DNA of 64,000 nt from Telmatospirillum sp. (GTDB taxonomy: Bacteria > Pseudomonadota > Alphaproteobacteria > CACIAM-22H2): positions 144,654 to 208,653 of the forward strand of contig JADCGL010000013.1 of assembly GCA_020248985.1 (NCBI GenBank), in the 5' to 3' direction. The notes below the pieces were generated by a model. That model was not told the DNA's origin. It was given only the letters and a program-made list of their open reading frames with translations, and did not search any database. Within the stretch, counting starts at the first letter, position 1. Each line of letters begins with the position of its first letter. Positions 9,128-18,050 of this stretch are shown here, in pieces. The position numbers were made by a program, and so were the translations under genes.

Positions 9128-10101
9128 ACGCGCTCCTCGCCGTCGAAAATCTCGCGACGCATTTTGCGACCCGTAACGGGCTCGTGAAGGCCGTCGACGG
9201 CGTGTCGTTCCATCTCGACGCGGGCGAGATCGTCGGCCTTGTCGGCGAATCCGGATCCGGCAAAACCGTGACCGGTTTCTCGCTGCTGGGGCTTGTCGAT
9301 GCGCCGGGGCGCATCGTCGGCGGTTCGATCAAGCTCGAGGGCCGCGAGCTTGTCGGGTTGCCACAGGCCGAATTGCGAAAGCTGCGCGGCCGGCGCGTCG
9401 CGATGGTGTTCCAGGATCCGTCCGCCACCCTCAATCCGGTGCTGACCATCGAAACCCAGATGCGTCTTGCGCTCGAAGCGCACGAACGGGTGGGGGCTGC
9501 GGCCGCACGCGATCGCTCGGCCGATCTTTTGACACGGGTGGGTATTCCCGATGCGCGTCGGCGGCTCGAAACCTATCCGCACCAATTGTCGGGCGGCATG
9601 CGCCAGCGCGTTGCCATCGCCATCGCCTTGCTCAATCGGCCGTCGCTGATCGTGTGTGACGAGCCGACGACAGCACTCGACGTGTCGATCCAAGCGCAGA
9701 TCCTGGCGCAGATGAAAGCGCTCGCCGCCGATTTCGGCACGGCGCTCATCTGGATCAGCCACGATCTTGCGACCGTGTCGGCGCTCGCAAGCCGTATCCT
9801 CGTGATGTATGCCGGGCGCATCGTCGAAGAAGGGCCGACCGGCGAGGTGCTGCGCAAACCCGCGCACCCTTATACGCAAGGGCTGCTCGACTCGTTGCCC
9901 TCAATCGCGGCACCAGGCGAAGATCTGCGCCAGATCCCGGGCAGCACGCCGTCTTTGGCCAATCTGCCGGAAGGCTGCGCCTTTGCGCCGCGCTGCGCCT
10001 TCGCCGATGCTGCCTGCAAGAGCGCACCCGCAACGCGCCGAACGGCAACGCGCGCCGTGCGCTGCCACCATCCGCTGGGCGAGGTCGCATGGCCGCTTTG
10101 A
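9124..10101 (+). CDS. ABC transporter ATP-binding protein (DppD-like)
   Basis: Walker A GESGSGKT, LSGGMRQR signature, C-terminal oligopeptide-type extension. ATGA overlap with the upstream gene. Confidence 0.9.
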   Translation: MNALLAVENLATHFATRNGLVKAVDGVSFHLDAGEIVGLVGESGSGKTVTGFSLLGLVDAPGRIVGGSIKLEGRELVGLPQAELRKLRGRRVAMVFQDPSATLNPVLTIETQMRLALEAHERVGAAAARDRSADLLTRVGIPDARRRLETYPHQLSGGMRQRVAIAIALLNRPSLIVCDEPTTALDVSIQAQILAQMKALAADFGTALIWISHDLATVSALASRILVMYAGRIVEEGPTGEVLRKPAHPYTQGLLDSLPSIAAPGEDLRQIPGSTPSLANLPEGCAFAPRCAFADAACKSAPATRRTATRAVRCHHPLGEVAWPL

Positions 10102-11090
10102 TCGCCTGCCAGAATCTCGTGAAGCGCTTTTCGAGCCCGCCGCAGCTCGGCGACCGCCTTGCGCGTCTGCTCGGCCGGCCCGTTCGCCCGCGCACCGTCT
10201 ATGCGGTCGACGACGTGTCGCTCGAGATCGCCGAGGGCGAAGTGCTGGGCTTGGTCGGCGAATCCGGCTGCGGCAAATCCACGCTCGGCCGCATGATCGC
10301 CGGCATCCAGCCACCGAGTGCCGGGCTCGCGCTGCTGGACGGCGTGCCCGTGATGGGCGGCGGGCGCAGTCCGGTCAAGACCACGACGCGCGTGCAGATG
10401 ATCTTCCAGGATCCGTTCGCCTCGCTCGATCCGCGCATGCGCATCGGCGACATCGTCGCCGAAGGGCCGATCGCCAACGGTCTCGTGTCGCGCGCGGAAG
10501 CGGCTGCCGATACGGCGAAGTGGCTTGCAGCCGTCGGCCTCGATCCGACAGCCGCCCAGCGCTATCCGCACCAATTCTCGGGCGGCCAGCGCCAGCGTGT
10601 GGCGATCGCGCGTGCGCTCGCGATGCGGCCCGACATTCTGGTGTGCGACGAGCCGGTGGCTTCGCTCGACGTGTCGATCCAAGCACAGATCATCAATCTG
10701 TTCTTGAAGCTGAAACGCGATCTCGGTCTCACGATGCTGTTCATCAGCCACGATCTCGGCCTCGTGCGCCACATCTCCGACCGCGTTGCGATAATGTATC
10801 TGGGCAAACTCGTCGAGACGGGCGCCACGCAAGCCGTGTTCGAAAATCCGCGCCATCCCTACACGCGCGCTTTGCTCGATAGCATGCCCAAGCTGCGGCT
10901 CGACGATGCGGACGTCGACTTCAAACCCATCGACGGCGAATTGCCGTCGCCGCTCGCCCCGCCGCCGGGTTGCCATTTCCATCTGCGCTGTCCTGGCATG
11001 CGCCCCGCGTGCCGAACGGCGGTGCCCGAGCTGATCCGGTCTGTGGACGGCCGCGAGCTCGCTTGCCACTATCCGCTGGTTGGAGGCTGA
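10089..11090 (+). CDS. ABC transporter ATP-binding protein (DppF-like)
   Basis: GESGCGKST Walker A, FSGGQRQR, C-terminal Cys-rich oligopeptide/dipeptide-type domain. Confidence 0.9.
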   Translation: MAALIACQNLVKRFSSPPQLGDRLARLLGRPVRPRTVYAVDDVSLEIAEGEVLGLVGESGCGKSTLGRMIAGIQPPSAGLALLDGVPVMGGGRSPVKTTTRVQMIFQDPFASLDPRMRIGDIVAEGPIANGLVSRAEAAADTAKWLAAVGLDPTAAQRYPHQFSGGQRQRVAIARALAMRPDILVCDEPVASLDVSIQAQIINLFLKLKRDLGLTMLFISHDLGLVRHISDRVAIMYLGKLVETGATQAVFENPRHPYTRALLDSMPKLRLDDADVDFKPIDGELPSPLAPPPGCHFHLRCPGMRPACRTAVPELIRSVDGRELACHYPLVGG

Positions 11091-11092
11091 AC

Positions 11093-11992
11093 ATGTCGAA
11101 ACCCGATCTCGAACCTTGGCAGTGGCCTGAAGCCGAATGGCGTAGTCGCGTGGGGCAGGTGCGCGCGGGCCGCAATCTGAAGCCGAAAGCATGGCCGGGC
11201 GGGGCGCGCTGTGCAGTAGCCCTGTCGTTCGACAGCGACCACGAAACCAACGAATTGCGCGACGGCGGAAAATCGATCGGCCGCATGTCGTGGGGCGAAT
11301 TCGGCGTGCGCCAGGGCGTGCCGCGCATTCTTGCGGCACTTGCGAAGCAGAGCGTGCCCGCGACGTTTTTCGTGCCAGCTGTCGCGGCGTTGCTGCACCC
11401 CGAAGAGCAGCGGCGCGTAGTTGCCGAAGGCCACGAGATCGGCCTGCACGGGTGGATCCACGAACTCAATTCGGTGCTGCCGGAAGCGGCGGAGCGCGAG
11501 CTACATCTACGCGCGCGCGACGCGCTCGAAAAAGTCGCCGGCGTTCGCCCGGTCGGCATGCGCACACCATCCTGGGACTTTTCGCCCGCGACGCTGAAGA
11601 TCCAGCGCGAGATGGGTCTGCTCTACGACTCTTCGCTGATGGCCGACGACGATCCCTACGAGTTGCTCGAAGACGGCGAACGTACGGGCATCGTCGAACT
11701 GCCGGTCGAATGGATCCGCGACGACGCGCCCTATTTCAACATGAACCGCCACGCGGCTTTGCGCCCCTACACGCCGCCGCCGGCGGTGTTCGACATTTTC
11801 CGGCGCGAATTCGACCGCGCTTGGGAAGAGGGTGGCCTGTTCCTGCTGACCATGCATCCGCATGTCACCGGCTACCGGTCGCGCATGTTCATCCTTGAAG
11901 ACCTGATTGCGCACGCCAAGGCCAAGGGCGGCTGCTGGTTTGCGACGCATGCGCAAGTCGCCGAAGTGTGCCGCGCCGAACTCAAAGGCTAG
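11093..11992 (+). CDS. polysaccharide deacetylase family protein (PuuE/allantoinase-like NodB domain)
   Basis: Start MSKPDLEPWQW with GGAGG RBS. NodB-homology motifs; paralogous to the gene at 47769. Confidence 0.7.
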   Translation: MSKPDLEPWQWPEAEWRSRVGQVRAGRNLKPKAWPGGARCAVALSFDSDHETNELRDGGKSIGRMSWGEFGVRQGVPRILAALAKQSVPATFFVPAVAALLHPEEQRRVVAEGHEIGLHGWIHELNSVLPEAAERELHLRARDALEKVAGVRPVGMRTPSWDFSPATLKIQREMGLLYDSSLMADDDPYELLEDGERTGIVELPVEWIRDDAPYFNMNRHAALRPYTPPPAVFDIFRREFDRAWEEGGLFLLTMHPHVTGYRSRMFILEDLIAHAKAKGGCWFATHAQVAEVCRAELKG

Positions 11993-11995
11993 GGG

Positions 11996-12919
11996 CTAGA
12001 CGGCGAGCGTGTCGCCGCCTTTGAGAGCCAGCATCTGGCGCGCCTCGTCCGGCGATGCGACCGCAAGGCCGAGGCCTTCGATGATCTGGCGCGCAAGGCG
12101 CACTTGTTGGGCATTGGATTCCGCCAAGCGGCCGGGACCGGCCCACAGCGAGTCCTCGAGGCCGACGCGTACATTGCCGCCCATGGCCGCCGACATGGCC
12201 GCGATCGGCAGTTGGTTGCGGCCCGCCCCCAGCACCGACCACACATAAGCGTCGCCGAACAGCCGGTCGGCGGTGCGCTTCATATGCATGACGTCGTCGG
12301 GGTGCGCGCCAATCCCGCCCAGCAGCCCGAACACCGTCTGCACGAACAGCGGCGCCTTCACGAGGCCGCGCTCGAGAAAATGCGCGAGATTGTAGAGATG
12401 TGCGGTGTCGTAGCATTCGAACTCGAAGCGCGTGCCGACGGCCGACAGCGTTGAGATCACGTATTCGATGTCGGCAAAGGTGTTGCGGAACAGGATGTCC
12501 TTGTTGGCGAGATAGGCCTGCTCCCACGGATGCTTGAAATCCTTGAAGCGGTTCAGCATGCCGAACAGGCCGAAATTCATCGAACCCATGTTCAGCGACG
12601 CGACTTCGGGCTTGAAGGTCGCGGCCGGACGCACGCGCTCGGCTACCTGCATCGTCGGCGCCCCGCCCGTGGTGAGGTTCACCACGCAGTTCGAGCGCTG
12701 TTTGATGACTTTGAGGAAGGGCAGGAAGGCTTCGGGTGTCTGGTCCGGCTGTCCGGTGACCGGGTTGCGCGCATGCAGATGGACGATGGCGGCACCGGCT
12801 TCTGCCGCGCCGATCGCCGCTTCGGCGATTTCCGCGGGCGTGACGGGCAGGGCCGCCGACATCGATGGCGTATGGATTGCACCGGTGACAGCGCAGGTGA
12901 TGATGACTTTGCGGCCCAC
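11996..12919 (-). CDS. 3-keto-5-aminohexanoate cleavage enzyme family (BKACE/DUF849)
   Basis: GTG start (VGRKVIITCAVTGA...) with GGGAGG RBS. BKACE motifs (TCAVTG, HLHARNP). The track ORF's upstream 60 aa is Arg-rich junk. Confidence 0.7.
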   Translation of the reverse strand: MGRKVIITCAVTGAIHTPSMSAALPVTPAEIAEAAIGAAEAGAAIVHLHARNPVTGQPDQTPEAFLPFLKVIKQRSNCVVNLTTGGAPTMQVAERVRPAATFKPEVASLNMGSMNFGLFGMLNRFKDFKHPWEQAYLANKDILFRNTFADIEYVISTLSAVGTRFEFECYDTAHLYNLAHFLERGLVKAPLFVQTVFGLLGGIGAHPDDVMHMKRTADRLFGDAYVWSVLGAGRNQLPIAAMSAAMGGNVRVGLEDSLWAGPGRLAESNAQQVRLARQIIEGLGLAVASPDEARQMLALKGGDTLAV

Positions 12920-12936
12920 ACGTTCCTCCCGTCGTC

Positions 12937-12960
12937 GTTTTGAAGATCGTGCATCAAAAC
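12937..12960. promoter_or_regulatory. inverted repeat GTTTTGA-N10-TCAAAAC
   Basis: Perfect 7-bp arms in the divergent region, 18 bp upstream of the -24 element below. Confidence 0.3.
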
Positions 12961-12977
12961 GCGGTCCGGCGATAGGC

Positions 12978-12993
12978 TGGTGCCAGTTTTGCA
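12978..12993 (+). promoter_or_regulatory. sigma-54-type -24/-12 promoter candidate (TGGTGC-N5-TTGCA)
   Basis: GG and GC spaced exactly 10 nt apart, perfect -12 TTGCA. ATG of the amidohydrolase is 22 nt downstream, preceded by AGGAG. Confidence 0.5.
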
Positions 12994-13014
12994 GCCTCGA
13001 TTCAGGAGATCTCG

Positions 13015-14544
13015 ATGCCGACCGATAGCCCCGCGTCGCCGCCGCAAACCGTCGATCTGCTCGTGACCGGCGGGCACGTGCTGACGATGGATCCAGCACT
13101 TCCCGAAATCGCCGACGGCGCTGTCGCGGTCGATGCCGGCCGGATCGTGGCGGTGGGCGCGCGTCGGGACATCGTCATGCGCTTCACGGCACGCCGCGTC
13201 GTCGATACGACCGGCTGCGCCGTCATGCCGGGGCTCGTCGATGCCTATGCGCATGCCGGGCACGGCATGATCCGCGGGCTCATGCATCCGCGCGCAGGGT
13301 GGCCCGCCGCCATGTATTGGACGGCAACGACGCCCGAATGGTGGCGCGCCGAGGCGGATCTGTCGGCGCTCGAGCGGCTTCAGGCGGGAGTGACGACCGG
13401 CCTTTCTGTGATTGGGGCGACCCCGGCGCGTCTCGACGACACCGCCTTCGCCGACGCGAACGCGCAGGCCTACGAAGCGGCCGGCCTCTCGCTCGCGATC
13501 GCTGTCGGCCCGCCGGATCCGATTTTTCCGCATCTCGCCGAGCCGTTCGAGGGCACGCATTTCCGCGACGGGGCGTGGGTTTCGCGCCGCTTCACGGCGG
13601 CCGATGCGATGCGCAACACGCGCGAGGTAATCGCGCGCTGGCACGGGGCGGCCGAGGGGCGGCTCACGGTCGCCCTCGCATCGCCCTATCTGTTCGGGCG
13701 GCATGTCGAGCATCGGCGCAACCCGCATCGCCTGCCCGATGCAGCGGACGCGCCCGCCATCCTCGCCCATGCGCAGGAAATGCGTGCGGTCGCCGATGCG
13801 TGCGGTGTTCGCATCCAAACGCATATGTTCGCAGGCTCCGTCGCCTATGCGCTCCGCCATTTCGGCAAGGCCGAAACGATCCGGCTATTGGGCAATGGCG
13901 ACGTTCTTGTATCGCATGCCAATGGACTGGCCGACGACGAGATCGAAACGCTGGGTGCGGCACGCTGCGGTATTGCGACGGTTGCCTTTACGCACGAAAA
14001 TCTTTGGTACGGTGTAGCCCCGATCCCCGCCCTCGTGCGAGCCGGTTGCGCCGTTGCGATCACGACGGACGGGGCCGCACCCTATACTTCGCTCGATCCG
14101 TGGCGCGAACTCACCCGTGCCGCTTGGAACCAGTGGACGGCGCGCGGCATGCAAGCCTTGATGCCGCCGGAGACGCTGCTGCGCATGGTCACGATCGACG
14201 CCGCGCGCGCATTGGGCATGGCGGCGCGCATCGGCTCGCTCGAAGCGGGAAAGGACGCCGATCTCGTGGTCGTCGATCTCGGTGCCGCCCATTTCGGGCC
14301 GATCGAAGACATCGCGCAGAGCCTGGCGTTCTACGCGACGGCCGCCGACGTGCGCGAAGTCGTGGCCAAGGGCGAATGGCTGCTCCGCGACCGCACGCCG
14401 CAGCGCGTGGATCGGCACGCGATCCTTGCGGCGGCGCGCGCGGCGGCAACAAAAGCCAACGCGCGCGTCGAACTAAATCCCTTCAGGCGCGGCCCAAAGC
14501 GATGGTCCGGTGCGGTCGAGTGGCCGGACGCAGGCTTAGATTGA
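13015..14544 (+). CDS. amidohydrolase family protein (TRZ/ATZ / cytosine-deaminase-like)
   Basis: 509 aa, metal-dependent amidohydrolase fold motifs (PGLVDAYAHAGHG, HANGL, ITTDGA). Confidence 0.8.
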   Translation: MPTDSPASPPQTVDLLVTGGHVLTMDPALPEIADGAVAVDAGRIVAVGARRDIVMRFTARRVVDTTGCAVMPGLVDAYAHAGHGMIRGLMHPRAGWPAAMYWTATTPEWWRAEADLSALERLQAGVTTGLSVIGATPARLDDTAFADANAQAYEAAGLSLAIAVGPPDPIFPHLAEPFEGTHFRDGAWVSRRFTAADAMRNTREVIARWHGAAEGRLTVALASPYLFGRHVEHRRNPHRLPDAADAPAILAHAQEMRAVADACGVRIQTHMFAGSVAYALRHFGKAETIRLLGNGDVLVSHANGLADDEIETLGAARCGIATVAFTHENLWYGVAPIPALVRAGCAVAITTDGAAPYTSLDPWRELTRAAWNQWTARGMQALMPPETLLRMVTIDAARALGMAARIGSLEAGKDADLVVVDLGAAHFGPIEDIAQSLAFYATAADVREVVAKGEWLLRDRTPQRVDRHAILAAARAAATKANARVELNPFRRGPKRWSGAVEWPDAGLD

Positions 14545-14557
14545 CGGCGCTTCGTGC

Positions 14558-15457
14558 TCAGCGTTCGTCCGCGATCGAGCCACGCCAGATCAGGCGGCGA
14601 TGCTTCTGTTTGTCGTACTCGCCCGCGACATGGAAGAGCCCGTAGTTGTCCCACATCACAAGATCGTTGACGCGCCAAGCATGGTCGTAGCGGAACGGGG
14701 CGGATGTCGCGAAGTCGGCAAGATCGAGCACGAGCTTGACGCCCGCTTCGTCTTCCATGCCTTCGACGCCGGCACATCCGCCCGTCGCCATGTGCAGCCA
14801 TTTGCGCCCGTTGTAGGGGTTCACATCGACGATCGGATTGACGTGCCGCCGCTTGGCGTATTCCATCTGCTCGGGCGAAAGCGACGTCGAATAGGAATGG
14901 TCGGTAATGCCCTTGTCGGCCAGCAGTTTGAGCCGGTTGTAGTACTGAGTCTCGTAGGTGTAGATGAACTTCATGCCGTCGAGCTCGCGCCGCCGCTCGG
15001 CCGGCAAGGCTTCGTAGGCGCGATACATGCTGGCAAAACATGTATGGCCGCCTTCGGGCGGAATTTCGCGCCCGTAGAGAACCGTGAAGGCCGTGCGTTT
15101 GTCCTGGCCTTTGAGATCGGTGTGCCAGCCCATACCTTCGTAGGCATTGCCGACCGGCTGGCCCTCTTCCTTGACGTTGGACAGCACGTAGAGCTCGGGC
15201 GCTTCCGACATCAAGAAGCGCTTGAGCACGTGGTATTGCGGCTCGCCGATCATGCGCAGAAATCCGACCATTTCCTGCGGCGTCAGATTCTGGTCGCGAA
15301 AGACCAGAACCTGGGCGTCGCGAACGCACACTTTCAGTGCCGGCACGTCTCGCGCGGTCAGCGTCTTGACGTCGTAGCCGCGGACCTCGGCGCCGAGCAC
15401 GGGCGAGAGCGGCGACGGTGCGAAGGGCAGCTCATTTGTTTTTGCCAAAGCGGACAT
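14558..15457 (-). CDS. TauD/TfdA family Fe(II)/2-oxoglutarate-dependent dioxygenase
   Basis: 299 aa with a WHTD motif and overall TauD-like layout. Confidence 0.75.
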   Translation of the reverse strand: MSALAKTNELPFAPSPLSPVLGAEVRGYDVKTLTARDVPALKVCVRDAQVLVFRDQNLTPQEMVGFLRMIGEPQYHVLKRFLMSEAPELYVLSNVKEEGQPVGNAYEGMGWHTDLKGQDKRTAFTVLYGREIPPEGGHTCFASMYRAYEALPAERRRELDGMKFIYTYETQYYNRLKLLADKGITDHSYSTSLSPEQMEYAKRRHVNPIVDVNPYNGRKWLHMATGGCAGVEGMEDEAGVKLVLDLADFATSAPFRYDHAWRVNDLVMWDNYGLFHVAGEYDKQKHRRLIWRGSIADER

Positions 15458-15479
15458 CGTTGAGCCTCCGTTTTTGGGC

Positions 15480-17054
15480 CTAGCGCGCGAAGGTGACGTA
15501 GCGCAGATCGAGATAGTCGTCGGCGCGCTGGCGCAAGGTTACTTTTTTCGACACGGCCCAGGTCAGCATCTGCCCGTGCACGGGAATGACGCCGACTTCA
15601 GCGCGGTGGATGTCGAACGCCTCCTTGAACAGCGCCAAGCGCTTCTTCTCGTCCATTTCGGCGCCGATCTCCTTGATCAGGCTGTCGACGCGCGCATTGC
15701 TGTAGTTGCCCACGTTCCACGAGCCGATGCCTTGGCCGGGCGTGTGCATCAGCAACTGCATGATCGACTGGCCGTCGGTGCCCACGCCCCAGCCATGCAG
15801 ATAGAAGCTCGTGTCGCGCTTGCCGATCTTGGCGAAATAGAGATTGCGCGTTTGCGCCAAGAGATCGACCTTGACGCCGATCTGCGCCAGCATGCCGACG
15901 ATGGCGACGCAGATCTGCTGGTCGTTGGTGTAGCGGTCGGTCGGGCAATCGAGCGTCACCGTGAAGCCGTTCGGGTAGCCCGCGTCGGCCAAAAGCTTCT
16001 TGGCGGCATTGACGTCGTAGGGCGGGCGCTCGTCCATCGACTTGTCCCAGCCGAAGGCGGCCGACGTCATCAAGGCGCCGACCTTGAAGGCGGCCCCGCG
16101 CATGACTTTCTCGCGGATCAAGTCGGTGTCGATCGCCTGCATCACAGCGAGGCGCACGCGCTGGTCCTTGAACGGGTTCTTGCCTTTGATGTTCGAGTAG
16201 AGAAGCTCGTCGCGGCCCTGGTCCATGCCCAGGAAGATCACGCGGTCTTCGGGCGTGGTCAGCACCTGGTGGTTCGACGACGCGCGCACGCGGGCGGCAT
16301 CTTGTTCGGGCAACGGGAACACCATGTCGACCTGGCCCGAGAGCAAGGCCGCAACGCGCGTCGAATCGTTCGAGATCGGCGTGAAGATCGCGCGCGTGAT
16401 GCCGTGCTCCTTTTTGCCCCACCATTTGTCGTGCGGCAGCAGCTCGACGCCGGTTGCGACGTCGAACTTCACTACTTTGAAGGGGCCAGTACCGTTGGCG
16501 TTGCGGCTCGCGAAATTCTCGCCGCGCGTGGAGGCTGCGATCGGCTCGGCCGCGTTGTTCTTGGTGGCCCAATCGGCGCTGAACACGTCCATGTAGGTGA
16601 GGTCGTTGAGCAGCGTCGGGCTTGGGCCCACGGTTTCGATCTCGATCTCGAGGGGCCCGGTCTTGCGCATGCCCTTGACGGTGGCAAGGCGCGGCTTCAC
16701 GTCGGAAGCGCCCGACATGGCGCGCGTGTAGGAAAACACGACGTCGTCGGCCGTGAAGGCTGCACCGTCGTGGAACACGACATTCGGGCGCAGCTTGAAG
16801 GTCCACAGCGTGTCCGACTTGCGCGTCCAGCTTTCGGCCAATGCCGGCTCGACGGCAAGGTCGGGTCCGAAACGCGTGAGCCCGTCATAGATGTTGCGTA
16901 GGAAGTTGCGGGTCGAACTGTCGCCGGTCGACATGCTGTCGAGGCCGCCGACATTCGACTGGAAGGCCCAGCGGAAAGTTTCGGCTTGCGCCGGTGCGGC
17001 ACCGGCGGCAGCCAGAGCCAGGGCCAGAAGGGCTGCGGAAAGACGTTTCTTCAT
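15480..17054 (-). CDS. ABC transporter substrate-binding protein, family 5
   Basis: Start MKKRLSAALLALALAAAGAAPAQA (signal peptide), RBS GGAGA. 524 aa family-5 SBP. Confidence 0.85.
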   Translation of the reverse strand: MKKRLSAALLALALAAAGAAPAQAETFRWAFQSNVGGLDSMSTGDSSTRNFLRNIYDGLTRFGPDLAVEPALAESWTRKSDTLWTFKLRPNVVFHDGAAFTADDVVFSYTRAMSGASDVKPRLATVKGMRKTGPLEIEIETVGPSPTLLNDLTYMDVFSADWATKNNAAEPIAASTRGENFASRNANGTGPFKVVKFDVATGVELLPHDKWWGKKEHGITRAIFTPISNDSTRVAALLSGQVDMVFPLPEQDAARVRASSNHQVLTTPEDRVIFLGMDQGRDELLYSNIKGKNPFKDQRVRLAVMQAIDTDLIREKVMRGAAFKVGALMTSAAFGWDKSMDERPPYDVNAAKKLLADAGYPNGFTVTLDCPTDRYTNDQQICVAIVGMLAQIGVKVDLLAQTRNLYFAKIGKRDTSFYLHGWGVGTDGQSIMQLLMHTPGQGIGSWNVGNYSNARVDSLIKEIGAEMDEKKRLALFKEAFDIHRAEVGVIPVHGQMLTWAVSKKVTLRQRADDYLDLRYVTFAR

Positions 17055-17088
17055 CGGGCATCTCCAAGATTTGTATCGGGCCGGCAAG

Positions 17089-18036
17089 TCAGCGTCCTTT
17101 GGGGTTGAGCGCGTCGCGCAGCCAGTCGCCGAATACGTTGACCGACAGCGCCAGGGCGAGCAGCGTGGCGGACGGCACAAGGCTGATCCACCATTCGCCC
17201 GAAAACAGGAAATTGTTGCCGATGCGGATGAGTGCGCCCAGCGTGGGCTGCGTCGGCGGCATGCCGATGCCGACGAACGACAAAGCTGCTTCGGCCAGAA
17301 TCGCGAAGGCGAGGCCGACGGTGGAGATCACCAGCAGCGGGCTCACGACATTGGGCAGCACATGGCCCACCAGGATGCGCCAGGGGCGCACATCCATGAC
17401 TTGCGCCGCCTGGACGTATTCCTTGTCGCGCGCGACGAGCGTTGCCGCGCGCACGACGCGCGCATATTGCGGCCAGTTCGACGCGGCGATCGCGAAGATC
17501 AGCACCCAGACCGCGATATCGACGTGGTACTCGCGTGGCAAGGCGGCGCGCGCGATGCCGCTGAAGAGCAGGGCGAGCATGATGTCGGGCAGCGACATCT
17601 GGATGTCGGCGAGCCGCATCATGGCGCTGTCGAGCGGGCCGCCGATCCAGCCGCAGGCGAGCCCGACCGCAATGCCGACAAAGGCGCCGAGTGCCACGCT
17701 CGCAACGCCGACGAACAGCGAAATGCGACTGCCGTAGAGAATGGTCGAAACGATGTCGCGGCCCTGGTCGTCCGTGCCGAGGACGAAGCGCCAGTCGCCG
17801 CCTGCGAGCCATGCGGGCGGATTCAACGCATTGACGAGGCTGACGGTGGCGGGATCGAAAGGCGTGTGTGGGGCAAGCCACGGGGCAAAAACGGCACCGA
17901 GGAAGATGGCCGACATCACCAACGCTGCGGCGAGCGCAGTCGGCGTTTGGCGCAGATTGTAAAGCAGGTCTGAGGCCGCAATGCGCCGCAGCCAGGCGGC
18001 GACGGGCGTGCGGCTTGCGGCGGCAGCGGTCTCCAT
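17089..18036 (-). CDS. ABC transporter permease (DppC-like)
   Basis: C-terminal 316 aa of track ORF 17089..19500 beginning METAAAASRTP. DppC-type membrane topology. Confidence 0.8.
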   Translation of the reverse strand: METAAAASRTPVAAWLRRIAASDLLYNLRQTPTALAAALVMSAIFLGAVFAPWLAPHTPFDPATVSLVNALNPPAWLAGGDWRFVLGTDDQGRDIVSTILYGSRISLFVGVASVALGAFVGIAVGLACGWIGGPLDSAMMRLADIQMSLPDIMLALLFSGIARAALPREYHVDIAVWVLIFAIAASNWPQYARVVRAATLVARDKEYVQAAQVMDVRPWRILVGHVLPNVVSPLLVISTVGLAFAILAEAALSFVGIGMPPTQPTLGALIRIGNNFLFSGEWWISLVPSATLLALALSVNVFGDWLRDALNPKGR

Positions 18037-18050
18037 GGAGCGCGTCCCCC

